Made by a program: the position numbers and the translations under genes. A stretch of 63,970 bases of DNA, counting the filler, from Reticulomyxa filosa (lineage: Eukaryota; Protista; Foraminifera): the NCBI GenBank assembly GCA_000512085.1. It is 20 parts of 20 records of this genome, joined end to end, with 100 filler letters (N's around TTAATTAATTAA, not from the genome) between each part and the next. Parts side by side here need not be neighbours in the genome. Positions count along the whole stretch, not along the records: positions 60,910 to 62,701 come from ASPP01031235.1; positions 62,802 to 63,970 come from ASPP01013895.1; 18 more parts are not named here. One strand, given 5' to 3'. Positions 62,170 through 63,970 of this stretch are shown here, piece after piece. Position 1 is the first letter of the stretch, and every line of letters begins with the position of its first letter. The notes below the pieces were generated by a model, which saw nothing but the letters and a program-made list of their open reading frames with translations, was not told where the DNA came from and made no database searches.

Positions 62170-62616
62170 ATGTCTGGCGCATTCGTCTATACGGGACGTC
62201 GTTGGTATAATTTAGACAAGATTCAATATGCCGAGGTTAATTCGGACGGAACACATCGGTTAATTGCCGATGGTGAGGAAATCGATTCTGGGTATGTGAA
62301 CTTCCTGGAAACGGTCGCCCAAGTATTGCCTGAATCTCGAAATCTGGAGTGCCTTACGTACTGTGAGGGCGATGATACGCATCCAGAGGATGAAATTTCT
62401 GCCGAGCCCGTGTTGGCTTGGGCGTGGACGGTTCAAGGCCGAGTGCTTCCGATAACGCCGAGCGCTCCCGATGGTATTAAGCTGGGAGAACAGTACGGGT
62501 TACGGTTCAAGGGCGAGGCCCGAGTATTCAACTCAAGTATCGGCGGCTATTCTAACGAGGAGGAATGGTTGGCGGCAGTGCTGCACCGTAAGCCAAAATT
62601 GAAAGCCTCTTCATAG
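62170..62616 (+). CDS. Bacterial hypothetical protein (148 aa)
   Basis: GGAG before ATG; intact ORF divergent from the HEPN-like gene. Confidence 0.7.
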   Translation: MSGAFVYTGRRWYNLDKIQYAEVNSDGTHRLIADGEEIDSGYVNFLETVAQVLPESRNLECLTYCEGDDTHPEDEISAEPVLAWAWTVQGRVLPITPSAPDGIKLGEQYGLRFKGEARVFNSSIGGYSNEEEWLAAVLHRKPKLKASS

Positions 62617-62801
62617 AGGAAGGCCAAGCAGTAAGGTGACAGATCATCGTCGGTGCCCGTGAAGGCTGCGGCATTTGAGCGTGTTCAGTCGGTCATCAGC
62701 ANNNNNNNNNNNNNNNNNNNNNNNNNNNNNNNNNNNNNNNNNNNNTTAATTAATTAANNNNNNNNNNNNNNNNNNNNNNNNNNNNNNNNNNNNNNNNNNN
62801 N

Positions 62802-62839
<38 letters not shown>

Positions 62840-63935
62840 AACTTTCGATTTCTGCAATAATCAAGCGACGTCTGAGGAAACTCTTTTCCCCAGTGATAAT
62901 CGGTGAAGAAGCCACTATAAGCATGTACAACATTGATAGATGCAATTACGATTCTACACTTACAATATATACATATACGCAAAAAAAAAAAAAACAAACG
63001 GAACTCGCAAATGTTGAAAAAGCTCAAGCCATGATCATTTAAGCAACTCTGCCACGACACCGTGCCATCGAATATAGAAATACTGTCGTACCATAGGACC
63101 TTGGCATGAGGGAGTTTGCGCTTGAGCGCCTTCGTTAAAAGGTCCACAAACTCGACTAGCTTTTTTGCGGCCAAGCAACACTTGTCAGATTTTTCCTTTG
63201 CTTTCTCTTTGTTGGACTCGTCTTCATAATATTCTACCGGCGTTAAATGGCTTTCAAAATTCAAAAAATATCCATCAAACCCATAATATTCGGCCATCGA
63301 CACCAGCTTTTCCACCGTCTTTTCTCTCTTTTCATCGTCACAAGATATCTCATAGCTCAATTGTGACCCTTTTGCATGCTTTTTTTTTTTTTTGAGAGGG
63401 CAGGGGGGGGTAGCTATGTTTATAGGGAGCATTGATCAAACGTATACGTATAATAATAATAATAATAAAAAGGAAAAGTTTTGAAACTTCAGTAATGAGC
63501 GTTCCCAAAATCATAGTTTGATTGCGATGCGCAACGTCAATCCATTGCTTCGGAGGGATCGTGATGAAGTCGTGACTGAAATATACAAAGACATCAACGT
63601 ACTGCCAGAAATGTAGAGTGTATTCCAAAGGCATTTGCCCCACACCATTGAGTTGCACTTGCTCGAAGCCGTAGTGGTAACCTTGATTCCACTTGTCAAA
63701 GTGATAGCCTCCGGCCATGTCGTGGCATACACATACCAAAGGCCTCGTCGGCGGAGCGGAGCTGGAGCAGCTTTGCCCAACATTGCTCACGCTCGTGTTA
63801 TGCCACTTCGAATATTTCAGAGCCACCGAACACCGGTTCAACTCATCTCCAGGGGTCCATTCCAACACCTGCTCCAAACTTGTCAACGAACGTTGGTCCA
63901 GTGCCAATTCATGATGGCAGCTGTTGCTCCATTTT
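62802..63935 (-). CDS. ENGASE: Endo-beta-N-acetylglucosaminidase (GH85), multi-exon, partial
   Basis: CHDMAGGY, WQYVDVFVYFSH..TIPP..W...AHRN...LGTLITE, YGFDGYFLNFE, VLWYDS. Confidence 0.92.
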
Positions 63936-63970
63936 TCTATCGTCTTATTTTTTTTTTTTTTTTTTTTTTT

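Noticed and set aside
1-63970. tRNA, rRNA, CRISPR arrays, intact transposases
   Set aside because: None recognised by eye; a covariance-model scan could still find small RNAs

Overview
This is not one locus. It is 20 short contigs joined by an artificial 100-bp linker (N44-TTAATTAATTAA-N44), so adjacency across linkers means nothing. About 17 contigs are AT-rich, intron-containing eukaryotic DNA whose gene families resemble those I recall from the foraminiferan Reticulomyxa (inference). They carry WD40 genes and pseudogenes, a RING/TRAF-zinc-finger-WD40 gene, a Kelch-to-caspase-fold fusion, an RNF213-like giant AAA+ ATPase, a USP9/24/34-like fragment, mitoribosomal uS9m, a Neverland/DAF-36 Rieske desaturase, Tctex-1, an SLC25 carrier, GH20, GH85, PH and SAM proteins. 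Three contigs are bacterial. 37913-45861 is AT-rich and Rickettsiales-like (orphan paralogues, UPF0114, GT90, a broken MNT-HEPN pair, a Rep_3 pseudogene). 47086-48174 is GC-rich (SDR, FKBP end). 60910-62701 has an M20 peptidase next to a lower-GC island with a HEPN-like gene. Best candidate for an undescribed system: the Kelch/PB1-like/paracaspase-type gene lying in tandem with the TRAF7-like gene. Runners-up are the RNF213-like gene and the symbiont orphan family. All exon structures and family calls were made by eye.
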